64,000 nucleotides of DNA from contig NC_058382.1 in the NCBI RefSeq assembly GCF_018350175.1, forward strand, positions 53,880,001 to 53,944,000. The letters are read 5' to 3'. The translations under genes and the position numbers were made by a program. Under the pieces are notes generated by a model. The model was given only the letters and a program-made list of their open reading frames with translations. It did not search any database and had not been told where the DNA came from. This document shows positions 1 through 12,000 of the stretch, one piece after another (within the stretch, counting starts at the first letter, position 1; the number at the start of each line of letters is the position of its first letter). The stretch is from Felis catus. Lineage: Eukaryota.

Positions 1-689
1 GCTTGAGGATTTACCACTAATACCTTCCCGAAGACAACATTGTCTTTTGGCAGTCAGGGCTCCACCAAATTGTTGTTTTGGTGTTGGGTGTGTTTGGGGG
101 TTGGGAAGGGGCAGACAAAAAGCAATGGGATTAATCTTTCAGCTGTCTGTCAGTTCATTTCAGCTGAGTACGTAGGACGGTTTTTGAGTTTTATGATGGC
201 TCCAAGTGACATGGATGAAAACATCTCCAGCCCCAACCTGTATTATGGTGTTGTCTCGGTTTGGGGGTCTGTTTCATGTAAGTTTCATTCTCTACACCAT
301 GCTCGGCTGTGTTCATTCCTCTAGCCTGAGGAGAAAACAGATTCTGTCGCCTTTTTATCCATCCCCTGGAAATTCCAGGTTTACATTGTATTTCGGTGAA
401 GAAAGCTAACTTACCAAAGCCCATGCTGGAGTGAACCATAGTCGACTTAGACAATTCTCTCAAATCTTCTGGAAGTTTCTATCTAAACCATTATTCTAAG
501 GAACTCTCTTAATGGAGGGGCTGTGTCGGTGGAGTAGAAATCAAGCTGAACTATTTAAGGGTAGAAGTGAGCTTTGCTTTAATGTGGCTGGAGAAGAAAC
601 AAATGCTACATGAGAACAGACAGGGTTCTAGAATTGCTTTGACCTGAACCTACAATTGATACTTTTGCAGGTTGTTTTTTCCCAAGCAG

Positions 690-1255
690 ACTTTTTATTA
701 AAGTATAGCACCTACAGAGCAATATGCAAAAGTTTAATTGTGCAGATAGATGAATTTCCACACACTAAACAGACCCATGTTACTAGCATCCAGATGACTG
801 AACACTACAAGAAAAGCAGAAGCTCTATGCATGCACCCTCTTCATCACTACCAAACTCCAAGGTCATCGTTATCCTGACTTCTATCACCACAGATTAATT
901 TTGCTTGCTTTTGAGTTACATCGTATGGGATCACACTGCATCAACTCTTTTTATCTGACTTCTTTTATTCAATGTGCTAATTGTGAGACTTACCCATGTC
1001 TGTATGTAGTTACCACTTATTGGTTCTCAGTACTGAATAATATTCCACTCTGTTTATATACCACAATCAATTTATCCCACTGTTGGTGGTGGATGATGGG
1101 TTGTTTCCGGTTTGGGGCTATTATGAAGAGTGCATTATGGAGAGCGCTTGTAGAAACAGTCTACAAACGTGTCTTTTGGTGAAAATATGGGCATCCTTCT
1201 AGAAAAGTACTTAAGAGTAGAAATGTTGGGTCACAGAGTATCTTATGTTCAGCTC
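690..1255 (-). mobile_element. Old LINE-1 (L1M-type) 3' fragment
   Basis: Antisense L1 3' region phrases (tttttattaaagtatagc..., aatttatcccac...gatgggttgtttccggtttggggctattatgaa); degenerate; boundaries approximate. Confidence 0.75.
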
Positions 1256-1289
1256 TAGCTTGACCTAAATTTAAATTCACCCTTCCAAT

Positions 1290-1680
1290 TTTTGGTTGAG
1301 TGACCTTAAGTAAGTCATTTAAAACTTCTGAGCCTGGGGGCGCCTGGGTGGCTCAGTCGGTTAAGTGTCTGACTTTGGCTCAGGTCATGATCTCGCGGTT
1401 TGTGAGTTTGAGCCCCCCTTCGGGCTCTGTGCTGACAGCTCAGAGCCTGGAGCCTGCTTCGGAGGCTGTGTCTCACTCTCTCTCCCCCTCCTCTGCTCAC
1501 GCTCTGTCTCTCTCGGTCTCAAAACTAAATAAAAAAACATTTAAAAAGATGAAAACTTCTGAGCCTGTTTCTCCATCAGTGCATGGGAAAATTTTACATC
1601 GCAAAGTTGTTTTAAAGATCAAATCAACGAGTATAAAGTATCTGGCATAGGTCTGACGTTTAAGTGATATTTTCCTCAAG
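1290..1680 (+). mobile_element. MIR SINE, interrupted by a Can-SINE
   Basis: MIR core gtgaccttaagtaagtcattt|aaaacttctgagcctgtttctccatc continues on both sides of the SINEC insertion. Confidence 0.7.
1337..1551 (+). mobile_element. Can-SINE (SINEC_Fc-type)
   Basis: ggggcgcctgggtggctcagtcggttaag head, CT-rich region, A-rich tail; 16-bp TSD aaaacttctgagcctg at 1321-1336 and 1552-1567. Confidence 0.97.
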
Positions 1681-1699
1681 ACTGTTTAGGGCTCAGTAA

Positions 1700-2042
1700 A
1701 TATTCCCTGTGTGCCCTGTCTTTCCAACTTCTGCTACAGGTTGGTTGGAACTACTTGATTTGTACGCTGGCCAATAGGGTGTGAGTGGAAATGAGGTGTG
1801 CTGCTTCTGGGTCCCCAGGCCACCCTCCAGCACTCTCTTGCCTGGCTGCAGAGCCCTGGTGGCATCACAAGAGGACAGAGTTCCCCGGGGTCCCTGAGAG
1901 TCAGAATGGAACCTAAACTCTACTGACTGGCACTGTGGACACGGAGAATGAGCAAGAAAGAAATGTTTGCCGTGTTGAGTCACTGGTATTTCTAGGATAC
2001 ACGGTCACTGCACCATGCCACATAGATAACTGGGTAAATACA
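1700..2042 (+). mobile_element. MaLR LTR (MLT1 family) remnant
   Basis: ggccaatagggtgtgagtggaaatg... and 3' end atgagcaagaaagaaatg...taactgggtaaataca resemble MLT1 LTRs; start approximate. Confidence 0.6.
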
Positions 2043-2166
2043 GAATTTAAATGATGAGATGTGGCGCCACCCCAATGAAACCCTCAGAATTACCATTCAA
2101 AGAGTCATAGGACTCTGGCTCAACAGACACATTACATTATTTCTTCACTTTCGAATGGCAAGGAAA

Positions 2167-2168
<2 letters not shown>

Positions 2169-2212
<44 letters not shown>
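2169..2212. repeat. Poly(T) homopolymer, 44 nt
   Basis: Uninterrupted T run; no flanking TSD seen. Confidence 0.97.
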
Positions 2213-2217
<5 letters not shown>

Positions 2218-3059
2218 GACTAAAGAGAGAAAATTGAAAGCGGTCTTTTGCCGGAATATGTTAATTGAAGAATCTCTTTCCTCTGTTGAGAACCAGATTG
2301 TAATTCCAAAATTGTGTCTGATGTACCCCAAACACAGCATCGCCTTCACAAAGAGAAGGCCCTTGGTGATTATTAGTTTAAAAAACTAAAATCCTCTCCC
2401 ACCAGGTTCAAAGCCAACCTCATTCTTTTGTTCCTATAAAGACTTTCTTTCTTCGTGTTCCCTGGTGTCTACATGGCCTATGAGCTTTCTCCTAATGATT
2501 AAACTCCTAAAAATACTACAAAGAATGCTTAATAAGGCTTTTGTGTTTTACTGGTTGCTATAGAGACTGTTTAGTGTAGGATTTTAAGTACGTGTAAATA
2601 TGTATTTTGGACAGTGTTTAAAAACACGTATAATTTACCCAGCCATAACAGCTACTTCAGAGCATCGTAGTTCTCTGCGATAAGGCATATGTAAAGCATT
2701 TTATAGTGTGTTATTTATAGTTATTTACTTAATAGGCTATAACAGTTCCTCCTATTGTGTAAAGGAAATAGGCATTTACCCTGTTTTAACAATGAATATC
2801 ATTTACTCCATTGTAGCAATTGATAGTCTTGAGTCCCTTGCAGGCTAGTGAATATGCAATTCGTATAATGTTGATGCAAGAGAGGAAACCATGTTGACAG
2901 AGAGTGGGAAAACAAAGGGTCCTGCTGATGGAGTCTTGAGCTCATTAGGGAAGTTGTTGACTGAGCTACTCTGGCACGATAGGAAACCCCTGGAAAGAGG
3001 CCACTATCTGCTTTGAAATTATCCCCAGGGATGTACCCAAGGGCGAAAGAACACGAATA

Positions 3060-3310
3060 ATAATAGCAACAACAACTAATAGTTGTTGAGCAAACTTGAC
3101 GTGGCAGGTACTCAGTGTTTCACAGCCCTGGGCTCTTTTAATCCCCCCACCACAATGACCCTATGAGACAGATACTGTTATTTGTCAGATAAAGAAACTG
3201 AGGCAGAGAAGTTATACAACTTGACCAAAATGATCACACAGCAGGTGGATGGCCGATCCAGAAGTTAAATCCAGATCTCTCTCCAAAGCTTGTGCTCTCA
3301 AGTGTCATTC
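3060..3310 (-). mobile_element. MIR SINE
   Basis: cagataaagaaactgaggcagagaagtta...ttgaccaaaatgatcacacagc is the antisense MIR core. Confidence 0.75.
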
Positions 3311-3428
3311 CAGATCGTTCATGGTCTGCCAAGGAGTTCTTAAGCCACACAGAGGTTAGTGCTTTCTCAGCAGTATATCCCTGAGCTGAAGCCCAGGTAC
3401 GTGCACACACAGGTACACCCACGTGTGC

Positions 3429-3456
3429 ACACACACACACATACACACACACACAC
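3429..3456. repeat. (CA)n microsatellite
   Basis: Directly visible, one TA interruption. Confidence 0.95.
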
Positions 3457-4185
3457 TTAAAAAGACCTCATACCCGAAAATACATTCTTCCAATACCTAA
3501 GATAATATGGAAAGAGGCAATGAGCTCATTCAGAGAACCCAGGAAGAATGTTTACTTAGATAGCGAACTTGATAAAGACAGGAATTAGTCTGTCTTGCTA
3601 ACTGCACTATTTGTCTTTCCAATTTTAATAGCTATCACATGGTCAAAGTTCAAAGCCAGTCTCGTTATTTTTGTTGACTATGAAATGCATGTTCTTGGTC
3701 GTCCACAACTGAGTGAGTACCTGGCCCCCAGGAAGAACTGGAGTGGGTCCTGGGGAATCCACCCACATTCCATCTCTCCTCTCCCATCTTCTTTTTTTTT
3801 TACCATCACAATCGTATATTCATTGATTCGGTCAGCAGACAAGTATCTACTGTGTATGCATTCCTACTAGGACTTCTGCTAGAATATCTGCTAGGCTGGG
3901 ACTCATTCTAGTCACCATCTTGTTTTCTGACTAAGTGAAAAATCCATACCACTTCTGCAAAAATACATTTAACCTCTATAAGGACAGGACCTTTCTCGGG
4001 CTTGTTTAGCACTGTATCTTTGGATGTGCCCTATCCTAGGATAGTGTCCTATGCATAGAAGATGCTTGCTAAATATTTGTTGACTAACTGAATAAATTAA
4101 ATTACCATATTCTTTGAAGATGAAAAATCTCAGAAGACAAATAAAACTCAAGGTACTACAGACGGCTTGGAAAATACAAACATTA

Positions 4186-4352
4186 GAGGCGCCTGGGTGG
4201 CTCAGTTAGTTAAGCGTCTGACTTCAGCTCAGGTCATGATCTCACCGGGTGTGAGTTCAAGCTCCACATCAGGCTCTCTGCTATCAGCACAGAGCCCGCT
4301 TCAGATCCTCTGTCACCTTCTCTCTCTACCCGCCTCCACTTGTGCGTGTGCG

Positions 4353-4386
<34 letters not shown>

Positions 4387-4417
4387 AAAATAAATAAATG
4401 TTAAATCTTAAAGAGAA
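4186..4417 (+). mobile_element. Can-SINE
   Basis: gaggcgcctgggtggctcag head, (CT)n, A-rich tail; TSD gaaaata(c/t)aaacatta at 4170-4185 and 4418-4433. Confidence 0.95.
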
Positions 4418-5752
4418 GAAAATATAAACATTACAATGAAAGCAACTCTGGAGAAGTGTTGGGTGGTGTACATGGGTACAATCTATACTCACAGCAAGGA
4501 GACGGGAGGGGTATTAGACAAGAGAAAGGAGTCTAAGGGACGCCTAGGAGTTGAGACACCAAAGGGCTACTCTGTTGGCTTGACTCAGGGTCCACGTACT
4601 CTCACGGTCCATAACTCTGTGTGGGGTGCCAGCCTCGTGTTTTCACTACGTTAGCTATTTATACCTTGCCCCCGACTGGACCCCACCTTCTCTCTTCCAT
4701 GATGAGCTGTTAGAGAAATGAGCCAAGACTCACAGGAACTTTCCCCCTTGGGGATCCTGGACTTTAGGATTCACCCTTCAGAAGTAAAAATAAAAAGAAT
4801 TATCCTTTATGGAGCACTTTCCAAGGGTCAGATCTTGAGCTAAGCAATTTATTACATCACAACTCAGTCTTAATTAAAATCCCACAAGGAGGGTGCAGCT
4901 ATTCCCATTTTGCAGTTGAGGAAGCTGAGGATTAGATAGTTTGCATAATGGTTAATTGCTTTTGGCTTTTTCAAAATGCATTCTAAGGAGAGGGTGCCAA
5001 GTTTCTGGGTGGGAACTCAAGCTGAGACTGGCGACGATCTTAAGATTTCAGCGTTAGTCCTTCATGTCACCGCGGGCCTACCTCCAGCTCCAGCCACGCA
5101 GCTTTGCTGGGATTCCCAAGTAAGGAAGCAGGAAGGTGCTAAAGGATTTGGGGGAAATTTAACCAAGCCAGAAGAGCTGCAATAGGAAGAAGTCAACAGT
5201 GTCAATCGGCGAGTCTAAGAGGATGTAAGGAACTCTAGAGAAGTATTTTGACAGAATCGATACCCAGCTGGTCTGGTCCGTGGGCATGGTATAGATAGGG
5301 AGCACTAAGGGAGTCAGCGGAAGGAGTGCCGCAAATCAGACACATGCTCCAGTGTCAGATGAGCTTTATCCAAATCTAAGAGGGACCTGCAGGTCACGAG
5401 GCCCAGCCCCGGGCCACCAGGCTGTCTTGCGCTGGGTAAGGGATCAAGACTGTGGCCCACAGGATGGACGCAGGTCTAGGCTCCACTCACAGCACCAAAT
5501 GAAAACATCAGGTAAACCTCCACATATACATACCTGTGGAAAAGGGGTGGTGGGCGGACAGGAGGCATTCATTTGACAATTATTTATCGAGATTTTTCTA
5601 TGCGCCGGGCATGGGATATAGAGTCCAGGCGAGAAAAGGGTGAGAAGACCACTGAGTTTACAGTCTAGAAAGATAGACAGATAAGGTACAGGTAAGCCTC
5701 TGTGTATCCCTGCTATAATATTCACCGGCGCAGAAAGTGCGGCTGATCTTAT

Positions 5753-5928
5753 ACAGTTCTTCCTACTCAAAATGTGGTCCACAGACCGGTAACAGCAGCA
5801 GCAGCAGCTGGGAACTTGTTAGAAAAACAAGCATCTCGAGCTTCAGCCCAGAACTCCTAGATCAGAATCTGCATTTTGACAAGACTCCCAGGGGGCTCCT
5901 ACGCTCATTAAAGTTTGAGAAGCGGTGG
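5753..5928. mobile_element. MER5A/B-type hAT-Charlie MITE
   Basis: ctactcaaaatgtggtcc...gaacttgttagaaa...tcagaatctgcattttgacaagactccc...aagtttgagaagc. Confidence 0.85.
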
Positions 5929-6423
5929 TCGGCAGACCTTCCTTACGGAGCGGGGTCTTTGGTGGATTCCACCCGGCACCCGGGGGCTGTCACTTCCTGC
6001 CAGACATCCTCGCAGATATGAAGGTTACACCAGAATCAGCAGAGATCAGGCGAAGGGGAAGCAAAGCGTATTCTCAGGAGCTCCTGGAAATAATTACCGT
6101 TCTCTTAATAATAAATGAATAGGCTGTAGTCCCAGAACACATTGAGAACAAAGCAAAACATGTCAATATAAAATCCAGCAAATAAAACAATCAATTTAAA
6201 ATAGATTTCTCTAAATGGTTTGCCTGCTTGGGCTAAGTGCCCTGACGCTGGACTCCCAGAGCATCTCTGCTTATTCCTGCCTCAGCCCTTATTTTTTGAT
6301 CGGGACACTTTCTGTTTCTGTGTCTGCCTCTCATTCTAGACTGTAAGTTCTTTGAGGACCTTCTTTTCTGAAAAGACAAGAAAAGGGCCCTGGCATGAAA
6401 AGAGGGATTTGAAGTGGTTATTA

Positions 6424-6455
6424 CAAACAAACAAACAAACAAACAAACAAACAAA
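6424..6455. repeat. (AAAC)n microsatellite
   Basis: About 8 units, directly visible. Confidence 0.95.
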
Positions 6456-6799
6456 ACCCCACTTCTCTGTGTGAGATATTTTTAAGAGAAGAATAACAGA
6501 ACATACAGTTCTAAATTCTTTCCTGAGTATGAACTGAAAGGCCCACTCTCCCATCCACCCCTATGTCAAGTTCTGGATTCTCAGCATCTCACATCAGCAA
6601 TTCTCATTTGCTAGCCAGGTGAGGAGAGGGTTCACTTCTAAGACTTTCTGGAAGTTCACTCATGACAACAGAAGATACTCCAGTATCTATGCCCTTCAGG
6701 GATGTCTTTCCACAATGACTCTGGGCCTGACCATCTAGCTTACTTCAGCAGATGGGACAGAAGAAAATTCAATATAAGCAGAAGCTTAAAGAGTCATTT

Positions 6800-7065
6800 C
6801 CATTTACTCTCTCATTTCCGTGTCTTCATCATGGGAATTACTGGCTGTTAGATAAGAAAACATACAAGGCAGAGTCAAGAACATGTAGGAAAGCCCTGTC
6901 AGGTTCAGCAAAGCTGCCAAACCCACACTTGACCTCGAAGAAACGGCTGAGCTTTACCAAGCCCAGCTCAAGCCAGCGGAATCTCATAACCACCTGCAAA
7001 GACAGAGGTAAGCGTTGAATCTGTTGGTTTGGGGTTATTTGTTATGCGGCCATAGCTAACTGCTC
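6800..7065 (+). mobile_element. MaLR LTR (MLT1) 3' remnant
   Basis: Ends tttggggttatttgttatgcggccatagctaactg, typical MLT1 3' terminus; start approximate. Confidence 0.6.
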
Positions 7066-9989
7066 CAAGCCAAGTAGAAGAACTTCCATTCAGAGAGCAT
7101 CGAATTCCTTTCACACGTGAATCCTGTTTGCATTTGAATTCATTGCTCCTGCTAGGTGTGCTTTCGGCATAGAAAAAAGTCTGTAGAAATAAGCCCTGCC
7201 TTCAAGCACGCTCACATTTTTGTGACACCTGCATAGTTACATAGAAGCTGCTTTGCATCAAGACATGATCCCCAGAGGCTACTTACAGCAGGGACATTTT
7301 CAGGAGTCCTGTTTTTCACTGTCAACAGAGAATAACTGTGTAAATTAAAGCTTGTGTGGGTACGAGGAGTAGAAAGCTAATGTAGCTACAATTGAAAGGC
7401 GAAAATTAATTAAAGTTGCGTTTATCAGAACTCTTGTGGTGGTCAAGGCCACAAACCAAACTCAAACCAACATGAGCCCAAAATAAGGCCCGTGTTGGCT
7501 CTCTTGGCTGAGATGGCATCCATGGATGCTGAGACACATCGGACCCTAGGGCTCCAGTGCTGTGTGTTGTTTCCATTTTTGCCACTAACACGTGTCTCCT
7601 TCGAACATCTGGGGAAGATGTGCCCATAAGCAGCAATGCCTCACCTCACCCATCCAACCTGGAAGCCCTGAGAAGGAACGGCTTTTCCAACAAGACCGGG
7701 GTGGGGGGGAGGCCTCTAATTGGTCTGATTTGGCCCAGCCATGGCTGAACCGACCATGATGGGCAGAAAGGGGGTACACTCTGATCAGCCTGGCTGTGTC
7801 ATGAGGCCAAGCGGCAAGGCCAGCCCTTCCTAGGATGACATGGAGAGGGAAAGGGGTTGTCTCCCAAGTGGGGGTTCTGAGTGAACGAAACACACAGCCT
7901 GACCACTGAGGCAGATGGCGTAACCTCAAAGGATTCAAGGGCAAGGTGGACAGGTGGGCCTTGAAAATGGTAGAAACCAGAGCAGACCCGAGACCAGCAG
8001 ACCCAGAGGGATGCTGTGGGCATACCCCAGGCCCTGGGTCTCTTGTTTCAAGTTCTTAAATATTCATTGAGAGGAAACCCAATCAACCTACCACCTCAAA
8101 TCAGGTATGCACCCCCGACCCCACCTTCTGTCACATGCTGGGGACTGGGAACATTGTACAGACACTTAAAAACCTATTGCCAAAGCTCTCTGCCTTCTTT
8201 CTTCTCTTCCTTCCTGTCCCTCTTCCTTCTCCTCCCCCACCGTTGTCAAGGGTCCAGTGCCTACAAGAGGGAGGTGGAAATGTTTGCAAACTGAAGATTT
8301 GTTGTCGTTGTTGTTTTTAATCACGGTACACCTGAAGCTTTGTTTTCTTCTTATGTCTACTTTGCCTTCAAAGAAATACATTCATCTTATGGAATGAGTG
8401 GGAAGGAAAGACAGGTGTAATGGAAATGCTAAGAGACGGAGAGTGAATGAACCCAGGGCTTCTGTTTCTGACGAGCTAGGTGGCTTTCTAAAAGTGATTT
8501 GACTCCTCTGAGTATCGGTTTTCTCAGCTATTAAACTGTCAGCAGAGATTATAAAGTCTACCTTGGATAGCTGTGCGAGGAGCCTGCGAAGCTCTAAGAG
8601 CAAGTTCTCCTTCTACCACAACAATGACTGCTTCTGCTATTGTTACTACCAAAAATAACGACAACATACCAGGGGGTCCCGGCTTTCAAGGCTCACTGTG
8701 GTCCGTAATCAAACAAACTGGGAAAGCCAAATGTCTTTCAATGAATTTGAACCCAGCTCAGCGGTCTGAAGTCTGGGAAGCTGGCTGTGCCCCGCCCCCC
8801 ACCTCTGTGTGAGTGTCTCTGTGTGTGTATGTGCACAGCTCTGATTCCTGACTTTCTCTGCGTCTCTATCTTTGTTGTGTTGTGTTGTCCGTCTTCTATT
8901 GTCTCTTAGTTTCCCATTCCTTCCCGTTTCCCTGGGTCCCCTGCCCTGCTCCCTATCCCCCACCCTCCCCCAGCCTCACTCCTTAGTGGCCTCGGCACTC
9001 CCCAAATAGACACCCCCCCCAGGCTTCTACAACACAACAGACTTCTGGCCTGTCCCGTGCTTCCCTTTCCTGTCACAAACAGCTGTTTCCTGTCTTCACA
9101 GCTTAAACAAACACATTTTAATGGGTGGCTCGTGCCAACCTCTGGATCCTCCAGCCAACGTGGCTGGCTGATCCCCTACAAGAGTGAGGGGTCACCCGGC
9201 TTGCCAAACCTGAGGCCCTTCTGCGGGCACAGAGGCACCAAAGGGGCTACCCGGCTGCTGTCATCCAGCCGAGGGTCTCATCCACCCCCCTGGGAAACCC
9301 GGGGACCAGCACAGCGAAAGCAGGCACCCTGCTGTTTGTCAGCGGTGGGCCATCAGGGAGTTTCCAAGCTTGGCTTTGATGAAACTGAAAAGGTTGAATC
9401 ATTCAATGTTTGGAGAATGTGAAGCTGGCACCTGGCCCTGTGTTTTCTGTAATATCAATTATTCCCGGAGGCTGCAGCTGTTCACTGGGCTGGGAGGTGC
9501 TCGGAAGGAGGGCATTATCACCGGCTCACCTCCACGCTGCGGGGGGAACGGCCCACGCGAGGGACTGTGCGGGTGGTCCCACGACAGACTCCAGGGGCAC
9601 AGGAGAGGCCGCCCAGGTGGGAGGGGGCCAAGCGGGAAGGAGGGAGACAGAGACTGAGCAGGTAGCCCCCATAACTGCTGCTGACTAGACACCCAGCGGA
9701 GCATGATGTGGATGGTGCTCGCAAGTAAATGCCCAGGGCTCTGCTCACGTCTCTGGGAGGAGGGCATAATTACTACTTCTGTCCCAGGAAATGTTGTCCT
9801 TGGGTACACCCTCAGTTTCTATCTGCATACAGGGCTCCCGGCTGTGGTCAGACTTCTCCAAATCCCAGAATTCCACCCCCAGTCACGTTCTTGCCGTCTC
9901 CTCGGTGATGTGTCAAAGGAACCTGGACTCAGGGCGTAAGGTTACAGCCAAGTTCCCCTGCCACACACCTGGTCCCCAGCCTCTCTCGG

Positions 9990-10460
9990 AAACTGGCCCC
10001 ACCTGCCTGCTGCACAAACCAGGTCCCAGACAGAACCTTCGTCCCTTCTGCTTCCCTCACCTCCACATCCAATCCCTCCCTGAGTGTATCAGTTCACCTC
10101 CTAACAATGTCGCCAATACGTCCTACCCCTTCCTTGTCCTGGCCGCTCCCGACTCTGATGCAACAGCCTCCAGCCGGGCCCTCATCTGGGCAAAGCCAAC
10201 ACGCTCCTCGCGGCTCTCTCCAACCAGCCTGCCACGTGGCCAGGGTGATCATTCCGGGGCGTGGGGGTGATCAAGACACCCCCAGCCTGCTCAGAACGCT
10301 TCAGTCACTCTGAGGCTAATGACCCAGAAATCTTCAGGAAGCCCTAGAAGCCATGTTCTGGCCCCTCTCTCCTCTCCACTCTGGCCACTGACCCCCTTCA
10401 GTTCCCTGCAAATACCAGGTTCCTGCCTGCACGTGTCACCCCATCTGGAATCCCCTTCTC
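9990..10460 (+). mobile_element. L2 LINE fragment
   Basis: ccctcacctccacatccaatcc...cttcagtcactctgagg...cctggaatccccttctcc-like phrases resemble the L2 3' region. Confidence 0.6.
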
Positions 10461-10599
10461 CACGCTCCTGCCACGATCTTTGCATGGGCAACACATTTGA
10501 TTTGTAAAGCCAAAGTCTCAAAGTTGATACCGAATACATTCTCCACCCAACTCTGTCGCCGTTCACCTCATTCCTCCCCACGCTCAATCCCCACCTCCA

Positions 10600-11080
10600 G
10601 ATGCTTTACGAGATTCTTAAAGCATATCTAAGCACATCCACACATATACGATCTTCTTTCCAGTATTACACAGAGGGTAGCACCATTTATACACACATCT
10701 GTCTTGCTTCCGCCTTTTACTAAACAATTTGGTTGCCTCATTTTTATAGCTGCACAGTATTCCAGTCTATGGATGTTCCATAATTTACGTAAACCATGCC
10801 CCATTCACAAAGCTCTATGTCATTTCTTTTTTGTCTCCCCTCCCCCCCCCCCCACTTTAAACAATGTTGCAGCAAATAATAATGGATATACAGCACTGGG
10901 AGTAAGTTTACCTAAAAAACAAAATCCTAGAAGAGGAAGGCTGAATCTAAAAGATTATGCACTCACAATTTGGATAAACACTGCTAAATTGCCCTCCATC
11001 GGAGTTTTAAATGACCTTCTCACTCACAAGAGCCTCTTTTCCACAACCTTTCCAGAAGATTGCTTTTTTTTTTTTTATCA
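10600..11080 (-). mobile_element. Old L1 (L1ME-type) fragment
   Basis: ctcatttttatagctgcacagtattccagt...aaacaatgttgcagcaaata...ctgctaaattgccctcc. Confidence 0.65.
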
Positions 11081-11132
11081 CTCTGGTAGGCAAAAAAAAA
11101 AAAAAAAAAGGATTCTACTAGACTTTTTAAAA

Positions 11133-11345
11133 CTTTTTTAAACATTTATTCATTTTTGAGAGACAGAGAGAGACAGAGTGTGAGTGGGGGAGGGGCAGAG
11201 AGAGAGGGAGACACAGAATTCAAAGCAGGCTCCAGGCTCTGAGCTGTCAGCACAGAGCCCGACGCGGGGTTCAAACTCAGTGACCGCGAGATCATGACCT
11301 GAGCTGAAGTCAGACGCTGAACTGACTGAGCCACCCAGGTGCCCC
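11133..11345 (-). mobile_element. Can-SINE
   Basis: Ends ...ctgagccacccaggtgcccc; TSD ctactaga(c/t)tttttaaa starting at 11115 and 11346. Confidence 0.96.
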
Positions 11346-11789
11346 CTACTAGATTTTTTAAATGCCATAAAGACTTAACAGTGAACCAGGGTGACCCTTG
11401 CACATGTGGTATCTGAGCAGGGCATCAGTGTTTCAGCAATCTGTATGTAATAACACTTAGGAAACTATGATTTTGAAGGGAAAAAAAAGAATGCTACTGG
11501 TTCACTTCTATCACTAAAGGACCCGTTATCATTAATTCGGTCCTTCATCCAATTAACACAAAAGCCTATCTGAGAGGCAGGTGCATTACCTGGAGTGACC
11601 CGGGCAGTAAGAAGGGAAAAGAGGAAGCTGGAAAGGACCCATAGGTCTGGTTGGTTCATAAAGAAAAACGCCTTTCCCACACGGTGCACGCTCTGGTCCA
11701 ACCTAATGCTCACGCTTAACAAATCACAGGCGGGGGCAGCTGAAGAGCCAGGCTCAGATGAGGGTTTGAAGGGCCACGGTGAGTAAGAG

Positions 11790-12000
11790 CAAAGACCAGG
11801 GATCGGTGATCTTGGCACAAATCCCACCTCCAACACTGGTTGTGACACCTCACAGAAATCCCTTGACCTCTCTCCACGACTCAGTTTCCTCATCAGTAAT
11901 AGAGGAGCTAATGACTTCACGGCATCGTCAGGATTAAATCAGACGAGTTACGTAGAGGGCCTAGCATTGTGCCCGGCACCCTAAATAAATAGTATCAATT
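11790..12000 (+). mobile_element. MIR SINE
   Basis: aaatcccacctccaacact...ctcagtttcctcatcagtaa...ggattaaat...gtgcccggcac. Confidence 0.7.

Noticed and set aside
1337..1420. tRNA-like A/B boxes
   Set aside because: Heads of tRNA-derived SINEs; no cloverleaf or acceptor stem
1300..1650. Recurrent ORFs with 'WVAQSV...AQVMIS...SVLTAQSLEPA' (also near 4.2, 11.2, 14.7, 23.2, 52, 53, 54 and 58.4 kb) as a gene family
   Set aside because: These are translations of Can-SINE copies
2137..2349. Poly-Lys ORF, or the poly(T) run as a retrocopy tail
   Set aside because: The ORF is an artefact of the T44 run; no TSD or adjacent retroposed body seen
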